Assembly (NCBI GenBank): GCA_965203295.1
Contig: CBDBCZ010000012.1
Coordinates: 160,001-224,000, forward strand
Length of the DNA: 64,000 nucleotides
Reading direction: 5' to 3'
DNA from: Nitrospirales bacterium
GTDB taxonomy: Bacteria; Nitrospirota; Nitrospiria; Nitrospirales; UBA8639
The position numbers and the translations under genes were made by a program. This document shows positions 24,701-40,200 of this stretch, in pieces (position 1 is the stretch's first letter; the number at the start of each line of letters is the position of its first letter). The notes under the pieces were generated by a model. It saw only the letters and a list, made by a program, of their open reading frames with translations, did not search any database and was not told where the DNA came from.

Positions 24701-27700
24701 GAGAAAATTAAAATGCTCTTAAACTTTTCTGGGCACCGCGTAGTAGCCGTTGACAATTCTGCTTTGCTCGTGCGACATTCATAAATTTAGATATTGAGAA
24801 AAAAATTTTCTACAGGAAAATAAAATTGCTCGCACTCTTCTGGGCACTGCGTAGATGCCGATTACTCCTCTGCCGTCCCCGTTCGATAGATTGAAGAAAA
24901 GAGTTTTTCGGAAACTCTTCTGGACACTACGAAGCTGCCGTTGACTCCACTGCCTAGCCCTTGCAGTAGATTGAAGAAAAAATTTCTCGAGAGAAAACTT
25001 GTAATGTTCGCAAACTGTCCTGAGCACCGCGTAGTTGCCGTTGACACAACTGCCTAGCCCGTGCGACAGATTGAAGAAAAAATTATTCGAGAGAAAAATT
25101 AAAATGCTCGTAAACTGTTCTGGACAAAGCTTAGTGGCCGTTGACACCTCTGCTTTGCCCGTGTAAAGTACAGAAATAAAGATACTGAAGAAAATTTTCG
25201 GAAAGAAATCAAAATGCTCGCAAACTGTACTACGTAGTTGCCATTTACTGGCCCACTAAACATTGAAAAAAACATTTTTCTAGAAAAAAATTAAAATGTT
25301 CGCAAACTGTTCTGAGCACCGCATAGAGTTCGTTGACACCTGTGCCTGGCACGTGACAGATTGAAGAAAAAATTTAGGAGAGAAAAATTAAAATGCTCGC
25401 AAAAAGTTCTGTGCTCCGCGTAGTTGCCGTTGTCACCTCAGCCTTACCGGTGCGACGTTCAGAATTCGAAATATTAAAGAAAAAAAATTTTGATAGAAAA
25501 AAATGCTCGTAAACTGTTCTGGGCACTGCGTTGTTGCCGTGACTCTCCTGCCTTACCCAGTTTCAGATTGAAGAAAAAAGTTTTCGAGAGAAAAATAAAA
25601 ATGCTTGCAAACTGTTTTGGGCTCAGCCTAGTTGCCGTTGTCAACTGTGCCTTGCTCTTGCGACATTCAGAAATTGAGATATTGAAGAAAAATTTTTCGA
25701 CAGAAAAAAATAAAAATGCTGGCAAGCTTTTCTGGGCACTGCGTAGTAGCCGTTGACTCCTCTGCCTTGCCCGTGCGAAATTTTGAAGAAAAAATTATTT
25801 GTGAGAAAAATTAAGAATCGCGAACTGTTAAGGATACTGCGTAGTTGCCATTGATTACTCTCCTTTGACCGCGCGACTTTCAGAAATAGAGATATTGAAG
25901 AAAAATAAAAATACTCGCAAACTGTTCTGGCCTCCGCGTAGTTGCCGTTGACATCACTCCTTTGCACGTGTGACATTCAGAAATTGAAATATTGAAGAAA
26001 AATTAAAATACTCGCAAACTGTTCTGGGCACGGCGTAGTTACCGTTGACAACCCTGCCCTGCCCAAACCATCTTCTGAAATCGTGATATTGAAGAAAAAA
26101 TTGATGACAGAGAAATAAAAATACTCACATACTGTTCTGGGCACCGCGTAGTTTCCGTTGACATCTCACCTGCCCGTGTGACTTTCAGAAATCGAGATAT
26201 TGAAGAAAATATTTTTCGACAGAAAAATTAAAATGTACGCAAACTGTTTAGGGCACCACGTAGTTGCCGTTCAACTCTCTTCTTTGCCCGTGTGATATTC
26301 AGAAATTGAGATAGTGAAGAAAATATTTTCGACGGAAAAATAAAAATGCACGCAAACTGTTCAGGGCACCGCGTAGATGCCGTTGACACCTCTGGTTTGC
26401 CAATACAATAGTTTGAAGAAAAAATTTTCGAGAGAAAAATTAAAATTCACGCAAACTGTTCTGAACACAGCGTAGTTGCCGTTGACACCACTGCCTTGTC
26501 AGTGCGACATTCAGATATAGAGATATTGAAGAAAAATGTTTTGACAGAAAAATAAAAATTCTCGCAAACTGTTCTGGGCACTGCGTAGTTTCCGTTGACT
26601 CCTCTGCCTTGCCCGTGCAAAACATTGAAGAAATAAATTTCGAGAGAATAGTTAAAATGCTCGCAAACAATTCTGGGCACTGCGTAGTTTCCGTTGACTC
26701 CTCTGCCTTGCCCGTGCGAAAGATTTGAAGAAAAAAATTTCTAGGGAAAAATTAAAATGCTCGCAAACAGTTCTGAGTACCGCGTAGTTGCCGTTGATTC
26801 CTCTGCCTTGCTTGTGCGACAGTTTGAAGAAAAAAATTTCGAGAGTAAAATTTAAATGCTCGCAAACTGTTCTGGGCATTGCGTAGTTTTGCCGTTGACT
26901 CCTCTGCCTTGTCCATACGACAGATTAAAAAAAAATATTTCTAGAGAAAATTTAAAATGCTCACAGACTGTTCTGGGCACCGCGTAGTTGCCGTTGACAC
27001 CGCTCCCTTGTCCGTACTATACATTGAAGAAAATATTTCGAGAGAAAAATTAAAATGCTAGCAAACTGTTCTGGGAACAGCGTAGTTTCCGGTGACACCT
27101 CAGCCTTTTCCTTTTGTGACATTTCAGAATTTGACATATTGAAGAAAACATTTTTTCGACAGAAGTATAAAAATATTTGTAAACTGTTCTGGGCACTTCG
27201 TAGATGACGTTGACTCCACTGCCTTGCCCGTGCGACAGATTGAAGAAAAACAATTTTGAGAGAAAAAAAAAATGCTCGTAAACTGTTAAGGGTACCGTGT
27301 AGTTGCCGTTGACACCTCTACCTTGCCCGTGCGAGATTGAAAAAATTTTTCAATAGAAAAATTAAAATTCTAAAACTCTTTGGGCACCGCGAATTTGCCG
27401 TTGACAGCTGCTTTGCGCGTGCGACATTCAGAAATCGAGATATTGAAAAAAAAATTCGGCAGGTAAAAAAAATGGCCGCAAAATTTTCAGGACCCCGCGT
27501 AGTTGGCATTGACACCTTTGTCTTGCCCGTACGACATTCACAAATCGAGATATTGAAGAAAAAATTTTCTTACAGAAAAATAAAAATGCTCGCAAACTGT
27601 TCCGGGCCCTGCGTAGTAACGGTCGACTCCTCTGCCTTGACCGTGCGACAGATTGAAGAAAAAATATTTCGCTAAAAAATTTGACACCTCTGCCTTGTAC

Positions 27701-27815
27701 ATGGAATATTCAGAAATGAAGAAAAAATATCTAGAAAAATTATAATGCTCGTAAACTGTTCTGGGCACCGCTTAGTAGTCGTTGACACTGCCTCACCCGT
27801 TCTACATTCAGAAAT
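18760..27815 (+). repeat. Central satellite array of ~114-bp and ~99-bp monomers
   Basis: Consensus AAAAATTAAAATGCTCGCAAACTGTTCTGGGCACCGCGTAGTTGCCGTTGACACCTCTGCCTTGCCCGTGCGAC, then ATTCAGAAATCGAGATATTGAAG (long) or AGATTGAAG (short). Exact 114-bp duplication at 20107/20221; all monomers head-to-tail. Confidence 0.97.
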
Positions 27816-28200
27816 CAAATACAAGTACCCCCTAAATATAAGGACCCCTCAAATACAATACCCCTGGCTATACTCATCCAACATGAGTATTCCATGGATA
27901 TAAGGACCCATCAGATACAAGTACCCCCTGATTATAAGGACCCATCGAACACAAGCACTCCATGAATATAAGGACCCATCAAATACATGTACCCCCTAAA
28001 CTTAAAGACCCATCGAACACAAGAACTCCATTAATATGAGTACCCATTAAATACATGCATTCCATGAATATAAGGATTCTTCGAATACAAGTACCCTGAA
28101 TATAAAAGCCCATCGAACACAAACACTCCATGAATATAAGTACCCATCAAATACCAGTATCCCTGAATATAAGGACCCCTCAAATACAAGTACCCATGAT
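27816..28200 (-). repeat. 33/34-bp minisatellite, inverted copy
   Basis: Reverse complement of the 17711-18480 family (ATCAAATACAAGTACCCC..GAATATAAGGACCC). Confidence 0.93.
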
Positions 28201-31200
28201 TATAAGTATAATTAACCTGTAAATGTAGGTAACCATGAAATACGAGTTTCCTGTGAATTTATAGTACCCATCAACTACAAGAACCCTATAAATATACCCA
28301 TGAACTCAGTTATTCTAATTCTCGCTTCATGAAGTACCCAATGAATGTGAGTACCCCTCAGACAGCTAAGTAAACAACAGGTTTAATGTTGGTGCTTTTG
28401 TAGTGTCATAAACAGCTCATTCACCAGTCCCTGAACCATTTGCAAGCTTTTGCACTTTACTATTTCAAAAGTTGATGTACCTATACACTGGTTTATAAAG
28501 GTACACACAAGTAAATGTATATACACCTATACGCGGGTTTACACAAGTACACACAGGTATACAAAGAATATACACGGGTTTACACCAGGTATACACAAGC
28601 ATATATAACAACTCACGAGTGTACACGTGTATAAGGAAGTAAGCTCTGGTATACACAAATATACTTGAGTAAATACAACTATAAAGGTAAAGTATTCCAC
28701 AGTATACACTTCATACATAAGTATATAGAATTATACCACCATTATACACAAGTATGTACAGGTATTAACGGTAAATGCGAGTAAACAAAGGTGTACTCGA
28801 GTTTACACAAATATGTACAAGCACACACAGGTATACACAAAGTACACACACGTATATATACACAAACATATGCATACAGAAATATACGCGGGTATAAATA
28901 CGTATGCAGATGTATACAGTTATACACAAGTATACAGTTATAAAGAGGATATACGCGTATTTAAATGTGAAAGGATAGGCGTAAGCCTCATATTTTGGAC
29001 GCTAGTGTTCCAAATTCATGACACACAGACATCACTGACCTTATGGCCCTTTTTGTGATACCAGCATGCCATGAAAATGGGCCAGCAAGGCCAGCCATGA
29101 GCTATCTCCTCCAGAAAAAAGAGAAGGTTGTATATGTGGCTATAAAGAAGTGTACACCAGTATAAACAATACACAGGAATAAAGATGCATACGGGTTTAA
29201 TCAAGTACACAAGTACACACCCGTATACACAAGTACATACAAGCACAGACAAGTATACGCACAAGTACACATGTATACACAAATATACACATGTATGCAG
29301 AAATACGCATGAATACACACACGGAAGCGTTTGTATACTCAGATACATACTTGTCTACATTTGTATACACGAGTAAACAGGTCTATGCAAGTATATACAC
29401 GTATGCGCATGTATACACAAGGTATGCACAGGTATACACAGGTATAAGAGGTATGCACAGGTATCTACATTACCACTCTTTTACTAACTTACTATTATCC
29501 CTAGATAACTGCTGCAGTCCTGATAGTTTGGACGCTAGTGTTCCCGATTCAAGACATACACACATCACTGAGCGTATACTTTCCTTGTGATGCAAGCAAG
29601 CCATAAAATTGGGCCAGTAAGGCCAGTGATGAGCTAAGCCCTCCTGAATAGAAAAAAGAGAAGGCAGTACACAAAAGTACACACTGGTTTACACAAGCAT
29701 GCACACGTAAAACGACCATAAAAGTATATGTACGGGTATACACAAGTATATACATAAATAGAGGCATATGAATAATTACACAAAGGTATACAAATGGATA
29801 AGCGGGTATAAAACGATGCACACAAGTTTACACAGGTATACAGAAGTATACACAAGTATACTCAACTTTACACGTGTATACACATGTATACACAGGAATA
29901 TAACAGTATACACAAGTGTACACAAGTATACACAGGTTTACACAAGTATACACAGGTATAAAGTGGTATATATGGGTATCAACATTTGTATACACAAGTA
30001 TACGCGGGTATACACACCTATGCACATGTATACACAGGCATACACAAGTATGCATAGGTATGACGAGGTATACACGGGTATCTACATTTGTATACACAAA
30101 TGAACACCGGTATACACACGTATATGTGGGTATACACACGTGTGCACATGTATAAAAAGTTATACACAAGTATACACAGGTATAAAGAAGTATACACAGG
30201 TATCTACACCTGTACACATGAGTAAACACAGGTATACAAAGGCTTACACTGATATAAACTAGTATTACCAGGTTTTCACAAGTTTACACAGGTATATATA
30301 CACAAATATACATAAGTATACACAGTATACATGTGTTTGAATGATTACACACAGGTATACAAATGGATACACGGGTATAAACTAGTATTACCAGGTGCAC
30401 ACAAGTTTACACGGGTATACACAAGTATACACAAGTATACATGACTTTACACGTGTATACACATGTATACACAGGTATATAACAGTATACACAAGTGTAC
30501 ACAAGTATACACGGGTTTACACAAGTATACACAGGTTCACACACATATCCACAGGTATACCAAGCATAGAAATTCACAAAAAGGTATTCAAGGATATCTA
30601 CATTTGCATACACGAGTAAACACAGGCTTACACTGGTATAAACTAGTACTACCTGGCATTCACAAGTTTACACGGGTATGCACAAGTATACACGGGTTTA
30701 CAGAAGTATACAAGTACACACCTGTTTAAACAGTTATACCAAGCATAGAAATTCACAAAAAGGTATTCAAGGACATCACTATTTGCATACACTAGTAAAC
30801 ACAGGTATACACAAGTACGCGCGCGTATACACACGTATGCACTGTATACACAGACACACATAATACTCTAGTATAAAGAGGTATACACGGGTATATACTC
30901 TTGCATTCACATGTAAACACAGATATAAACAAGTCCACATGGGTATACACATGTATGCAGATGTATACACAGGTATACACAAGTATAGACTGTTTTAAAG
31001 AGGTATAAACAGCTATCTACATGTGTATACATGAGTAAACACAAGTATACACAAGGATACATGGTTATTAATACGTATGCACATGTATACAAAGTTATAC
31101 ACAGGTATAAAGAGGTATATCTATTATCTACCTTTGTATACATATGTATACGCAGGTATACAAACGTATTCACACATATATACGTAGTATATATAAGTGT

Positions 31201-34200
31201 AAACAAGTATACACGGTTACTACATTTGTAAAGACGAGTAAACACATGTATACACAAGCATAAGCAGGTATATACACGTATGCAAATGTATATACAGATA
31301 TACACAAGTATGCACAGATATATACAGGTATACAATTGTATCTACACTTGTATGCACGAGCATACATGGTCAACTACATTTGTATACACAAGTATTCACG
31401 GGTATAAACACGTATGCACATGTATATAATGATATACACAAGTATGCACAGATATACAGGTATACAGTAGTATCTACATTTGTATGCACGAGTAAACAGG
31501 AATACACAAGTATCTGAAGATATACACAAGTACGCAAATGTATACACAGGTATTCTTAAGTACACACAGGTATACACTCGTAACTACATTTGTATACCCG
31601 AGTAAACACGGATATACACAAGTACACGTGGGTATACACACATATGCGCATGTATACACACGTTTACACAAGTATACAAAAGGATTAAGAGATATAAAAG
31701 GTAACTATATTTGCATACACGAGTAAACACAGGTATACAAAGGCTTATACGGTATGAACTAGTATTACCAGGTATTCACAAGATTACACGGGTATCCACA
31801 AGTATACACGGGTTTACAGGAGTACACACAAGTACACAAGTTTACACAGGTATACACAAGCATACAAATGCACAAACAGGTATTCACGGATATGTACATT
31901 CGTATACACGAGTAAACACAGGTACACACAAGTACACGCGCGTATACACACGTATGCACATGTATACACACGTATACACAAGCATTAAGAGGTATAATAG
32001 TTATCTATATTTGTATACACGAGTAAACACAGGTATACACAAGTATACGCGGGTATACACACGTATACACATGTATTCAAATATATATACAAGTATACAT
32101 AGGTAAAAAGTAAACACACATATTTACACCTGTACACAAGAGTAAACCCTGGTATAAAAAGGTTTACATGGGTATAAACTAGTATTACCAGGTATTCACA
32201 AGTTTACACGGGTATACAAAAGTATACACAAGTTTACAGAAGTATACACAAGTACACGCATGTTTACACAGGTATACACAAGCATACAAATGCCCAAACA
32301 TGTGTTCACGGATATCTACATTCGTATACACGAGTAAACACAGGTATACACAAGTACACGCGCGTATACACACATATGCACATGTATACACACGTATACA
32401 CAAGTATACAAAGGGATTAAGAGGTATAAAAGGTAACTATATTTGCATACACGAGTAAACACAGGTATACAAAGGCTTATACGTTATGAACTAGTATTAC
32501 CAGGGATTCACAAGTTTACACGGGTATACACAAGTATACACGGGTTTACAGAAGTATACACAAGTACACAAGTTTACACAGGTATACACAAGCATACAAA
32601 TGCACAAACAGGTATTCACGGATATCTACATTTGTATACACGAGTAAACACAGGTACACACAAGTACACGCGCGTATACACACGTATGCACATGTATACA
32701 CACGTATACACAAGCATATAGAGGTATAATAGTTATCTATATTTGTATACACGAGTAAACACAGGTATACACAAGTATACGCGGGTATATACACGTATAC
32801 ACGTGTATTCAAATATATATACAAGTATACATAGGTAAAAAGTATACACACATATTTACACCTGTACACAAGAGTAAACCCTGGTATGAAAAGGTTTACA
32901 TGGGTATAAACTAGTATTACCAGGTATTCACAAGTTTACACGGGTATACAAAAGTATACACAAGTTTACAGAAGTATACACAAGTACACGCATGTTTACA
33001 CAGGTATACACAAGCATACAAATGCCCAAACAGGTGTTCACGGATATCTACATTCGTATACACGAGTAAACACAGGTATACACGAGTACACGCGCGTATA
33101 CACACATATGCACATGTATACACACGTATACACAAGTATACACAAGCATAAAGAGGTATAACAGGTATCCATATTTGCATACACGAGTAAACACAGGTAT
33201 ACACAAGTATACGCGGGTATACACACGTATGCACATGTATACACATATATATACAACTATACACAGGTAAAAAGAAGTATACACAGGTATCTACACCTGT
33301 ACACATGGGTATACAAAGGCTTACACGGGTATAAACTAGTATTCACAAGTTTACATGGGTATACACAAGTATACACGAGTTTACAGAAGTATACACAAGT
33401 ACACGCATGTTTACACAGGTATACACAAGCATACAAATGGACAAAGAGCTATTCATGGATATCTACATTCGTATACATGAGTAAACACAGGTATACACGA
33501 GTATACGTGGGTATACATATGTATGCACATGTATACACACGTATACACCAGTATACACAGGTATAAAGCGGTGTACATGGGTATCAACATTTGTATACAC
33601 AAGTATACGCGGGTATACACACCTATGCACATGTATACACCGGCATACACAAGTATGCATAGGTATGACGAGGTATACACGGGTATCTACATTTGTATAC
33701 ACAAATGAACACCGCTATACACACGTATATGTGGGTATACACACGTGTGCACATGTATAAAAAGTTATACACAAGTATACACAGGTATAAAGAAGTATAC
33801 ACAGGTATCTACACCTGTACACATGAGTAAACACAGGTATACAAAGGCTTACACTGATATAAACTAGTATTACCAGGTTTTCACAAGTTTATACAGGTAT
33901 ATATACACAAATATACATAAGTATACACAGTATACATGTGTTTGAATGATTACACACAGGTATACAAATGGATACACGGGTATAAACTAGTATTACCAGG
34001 TGCACACAAGTTTACACGGTTATACACAGGTATACACAAGTATACATGACTTTACACGTGTATACACATGTATACACAGGTATATAACAGTATACACAAG
34101 TGTACACAAGTATACACGGGTTTACACAAGTATACACAGGTTCACACACATATCCACAGGTATACCAAGCATAAAAATTCACAAAAAGGTATTCAAGGAT

Positions 34201-37200
34201 ATCTACATTTGCATACACGTGTAAACACAGGCTTACACTGGTATAAACTAGTACTACCTGGCATTCACAAGTTTACACGGGTATGCACAAGTATACACGG
34301 GTTTACAGAAGTATACAAGTACACACCTGTTTAAACAGTTATACCAAGCATAGAAATTCACAAAAAGGTATTCAAGGACATCACTATTTGCATACACTAG
34401 TAAACACAGGTATACACAAGTACGCGCGCGTATACACACGTATACACTGTATACACAGATACACATAAGAATACTCTAGTATAAAGAGGTATACACGGGT
34501 ATATACTCTTGCATTCACATGTAAACACAGATATAAACAAGTCCACATGGGTATACGCATGTATACACACGTTTACACAAGTATACAAAGGGATTAAGAG
34601 GTATAAAAGGTAACTATATTTGCATACACGAGTAAACACAGGTATACAAAGGCTTACACGGTATGAACTAGTATTACCAGGTATTCACAAGTTTACACGG
34701 GTATACACAAGAATACACGGGTTTACAGAAGTATACACAAGTACACAAGTTTACACAGGTATACACAAGCATACAAATGCACAAACAGGTATTCACGGAT
34801 ATCTACATTCGTATACACGAGTAAACACAGGTACACACAAGTACACGCGCGTATACACACGTATGCACATGTATACACATGTATACACAAGCATTAAGAG
34901 GTATAATAGTTATCTATATTTGTATACACGAGTAAACACAGGTATACACAAGTATACGCGGGTATATACACGTATACACGTGTATTCAAATATATATACA
35001 AGTATACATAGGTAAAAAGTATACACACATATTTACACCTGTACACAAGAGTAAACCCTGGTATGAAAAGGTTTACATGGGTATAAACTAGTATTACCAG
35101 GTATTCACAAGTTTACACGGGTATACAAAAGTATACACAAGTTTACAGAAGTATACACAAGTACACGCATGTTTACACAGGTATACACAAGCATACAAAT
35201 GCCCAAACAGGTGTTCACGGATATCTACATTCGTATACACGAGTAAACACAGGTATACACAAGTACACGCGCGTATACACACATATGCACATGTATACAC
35301 ACGTATACACAAGTATACACAAGCATAAAGAGGTATAACAGGTATCCATATTTGCATACACGAGTAAACACAGGTATACACAAGTATACGCGGGTATACA
35401 CACGTATGCACATGTATACACATATATATACAACTATACACAGGTAAAAAAGTATACACAGGTATCTACACCTGTACACATGGGTATACAAAGGCTTACA
35501 CGGGTATAAACTAGTATTCACAAGTTTACATGGGTATACACAAGTATACACGAGTTTACAGAAGTATACACAAGTACACGCATGTTTACACAGGTATACA
35601 CAAGCATACAAATGGACAAAGAGCTATTCATGGATATCTACATTCGTATACATGAGTAAACACAGGTATACACGAGTATACGTGGGTATACATATGTATG
35701 CACATGTATACACACGTATACACCAGTATACACAGGTATAAAGCGGTGTACATGGGTATCAACATTTGTATACACAAGTATACGCGGGTATACACACCTA
35801 TGCACATGTATACACAGGCATACACAAGTATGCATAGGTATGACGAGGTATACACGGGTATCTACATTTGTATACACAAATGAACACCGGTATACACACG
35901 TATATGTGGGTATACACACGTGTGCACATGTATAAAAAGTTATACACAAGTATACACAGGTATAAAGAAGTATACACAGGTATCTACACCTGTACACATG
36001 AGTAAACACAGGTATACAAAGGCTTACACTGATATAAACTAGTATTACCAGGTTTTCACAAGTTTATACAGGTATATATACACAAATATACATAAGTATA
36101 CACAGTATACATGTGTTTGAATGATTACACACAGGTATACAAATGGATACACGGGTATAAACTAGTATTACCAGGTGCACACAAGTTTACACGGTTATAC
36201 ACAGGTATACACAAGTATACATGACTTTACACGTGTATACACATGTATACACAGGTATATAACAGTATACACAAGTGTACACAAGTATACACGGGTTTAC
36301 ACAAGTATACACAGGTTCACACACATATCCACAGGTATACCAAGCATAAAAATTCACAAAAAGGTATTCAAGGATATCTACATTTGCATACACGAGTAAA
36401 CACAGGCTTACACTGGTATAAACTAGTACTACCTGGCATTCACAAGTTTACACGGGTATGCACAAGTATACACGGGTTTACAGAAGTATACAAGTACACA
36501 CCTGTTTAAACAGTTATACCGAGCATAGAAATTCACAAAAAGGTATTCAAGGACATCACTATTTGCATACACTAGTAAATACAGGTATACACAAGTACGC
36601 GCGCGTATACACACGTATGCACTGTATACACAGATACACATAAGAATACTCTAGTATAAAGAGGTATACACGGGTATATACTCTTGCATTCACATGTAAA
36701 CACAGATATAAACAAGTCCACATGGGTATACGCATGTATACACACGTTTACACAAGTATACAAAGGGATTAAGAGGTATAAAAGGTAACTATATTTGCAT
36801 ACACGAGTAAACACAGGTATACAAAGGCTTACACGGTATGAACTAGTATTACCAGGTATTCACAAGTTTACACGGGTATACACAAGTATACACGGGTTTA
36901 CAGAAGTATACACAAGTACACAAGTTTACACAGGTATACACAAGCATACAAATGCACAAACAGGTATTCACAGATATCTACATTCGTATACACGAGTAAA
37001 CACAGGTACACACAAGTACACGCGCGTATACACACGTATGCACATGTATACACACGTATACACAAGCATTAAGAGGTATAATAGTTATCTATATTTGTAT
37101 ACACGAGTAAACACAGGTATACACAAGTATACGTGGGTATACACACGTATACACATGTATTCAAATATATATACAAGTATACATAGGTAAAAAGTATACA

Positions 37201-40200
37201 CACATATTTACACCTGTACACAAGAGTAAACTCTGGTATAAAAAGGTTTACATGGGTATAAACTAGTATTACCAGGTATTCACAAGTTTACACGGGTATA
37301 CAAAAGTATACACAAGTTTACAGAAGTATACACAAGTACACGCATGTTTACACAGGTATACACAAGCATACAAATGCCCAAACAGGTGTTCACGGATATC
37401 TACATTCGTATACACGAGTAAACACAGGTATACACAAGTACACGCGCGTATACACACATATGCACATGTATACACATGTATACACAAGTATACACAAGCA
37501 TAAAGAGGTATAACAGGTATCCATATTTGCATACACGAGTAAACACAGGTATACACAAGTATACGCGGGTATACACACGTATGCACATGTATACACATAT
37601 ATATACAACTATACACAGGTAAAAAGAAGTATACACAGGTATCTACACCTGTACACATGGGTATACAAAGGCTTACATGGGTATAAACTAGTATTCACAA
37701 GTTTACATGGGTATACACAAGTATACACGAGTTTACAGAAGTATACACAAGTACACGCATGTTTACACAGGTATACACAAGCATACAAATGGACAAAGAG
37801 CTATTTATGGATATCTACATTCGTATACATGAGTAAACACAGGTATGCACGAGTATACGTGGGTATACATATGTATGCACATGTATACACACGTATACAC
37901 AAGTATACACAGTTATAAAGCGGTGTACATGGGTATCAACATTTGTATACACAAGTATACGCGGGTATACACACCTATGCACATGTATACACAGGCATAC
38001 ACAAGTATGCATAGGTATGACGAGGTATACACGGGTATCTACATTTGTATACACAAATGAACACCGGTATACACACGTATATGTGGGTATACACACGTGT
38101 GCACATGTATAAAAAGTTATACACAAGTATACACAGGTATAAAGAAGTATACACAGGTATCTACACCTGTACACATGAGTAAACACAGGTATACAAAGGC
38201 TTACACTGATATAAACTAGTATTACCAGGTTTTCACAAGTTTATACAGGTATATATACACAAATATACATAAGTATACACAGTATACATGTGTTTGAATG
38301 ATTACACACAGGTATACAAATGGATACACGGGTATAAACTAGTATTACCAGGTGCACACAAGTTTACACGGGTATACACAGGTATACACAAGTATACATG
38401 ACTTTACACGTGTATACACATGTATACACAGGTATATAACACTATACACAAGTGTACACAAGTATACACGGGTTTACACAAGTATACACAGGTTCACACA
38501 CATATCCACAGGTATACCAAGCATAGAAATTCACAAAAAGGTATTCAAGGATATCTACATTTGCATACACGAGTAAACACAGGCTTACACTGGTATAAAC
38601 TAGTGTAAGCACACGTATACACATGTATTCAAATATATATACAAGTATACATAGGTAAAAAGTATACACACATATTTACACCTGTACACAAGAGTAAACC
38701 CTGGTATAAAAAGGTTTACATGGGTATAAACTAGTATTACCAGGTATTCACAAGTTTACACGGGTATACAAAAGTATACACAAGTTTACAGAAGTATACA
38801 CAAGTACACGCATGTTTACACAGGTATATACAAGCATACAAATGCCCAAACAGGTGTTCACGGATATCTACATACGTATACACGAGTAAACACAGGTATA
38901 CACAAGTATACGCAGGTATACACACGTATGCACATGTATACACATATATATACAACTATACACAGGTAAAAAGAAGTATACACAGGTATCTACACCTGTA
39001 CACATGGGTATACAAAGGCTTACACGGGTATAAACTAGTATTCACAAGTTTACATGGGTATACACAAGTATACACGAGTTTACAGAAGTATACACAAGTA
39101 CACGCATGTTTACACAGGTATACACAAGCATACAAATGGACAAAGAGCTATTCATGGATATCTACATTCGTATACATGAGTAAACACAGGTATACACGAG
39201 TATACGTGGGTATACATATGTATGCACATGTATACACACGTATACACAAGTATACACAGGTATAAAGCGGTATATATGGGTATCAACATTTGTATACACA
39301 AGTATGCATAGGTATGACGATGTATACACGGGTATCTACATTTGTATACACAAATGAACACCGGTATACACACGTATATGTGGGTATACACACGTGTGCA
39401 CATGTATAAAAAGTTATACACAAGTATACACAGGTATAAAAAAGTATACACAGGTATCTATACCTGTACACATGAGTAAACACTGGTATACAAAGGCTTA
39501 CACTGATATAAACTAGTATTACCAGGTATTCACAAGTTTACACGGGTACACACAAGTATACAAGGGTTTACAGAAGTATACACAAGTACACATGTTGTAA
39601 ACACGAGTAATCACATGTATACACAAGCATACGCAGGTATATACACGTATACAAATGTATATACAGATATACACAAGTATGCACAGATATATACAGGTAT
39701 ACAATTGTATCTACACTTGTATGCACGAGCATACATGGTCAACTACATTTGTATACACAAGTATTCACGGGTATAAACACGTATGCACATGTATATAATG
39801 ATATACACAAGTATGCACAGATATACAGGTATACAGTAGTATCTACATTTGTATGCACGAGTAAACAGAAATACACAAGTATCTGAAGATATACACAAGT
39901 ACGCAAATGTATGCACAGGTATTCTTAAGTACACACAGGTATACACTCGTAACTACATTTGTATACCCGAGTAAACACGGGTATACACAAGTACACGTGG
40001 GTATACACACATATGCGCATGTATACACACGTTTACACAAGTATACAAAGGGATTAAGAGGTATAAAAGGTAACTATATTTGCATACACGAGTAAACACA
40101 GGTATACAAAGGCTTACACGGTATGAACTAGTATTACCAGGTATTCACAAGTTTACACGGGTATACACAAGTATACACGGGTTTACAGAAGTATACACAA

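Noticed and set aside
18760..27815. CRISPR-like array or repetitive protein gene
   Set aside because: The segments between conserved cores are homologous A-rich sequence rather than unique spacers; no cas genes; frames are broken by homopolymer indels.
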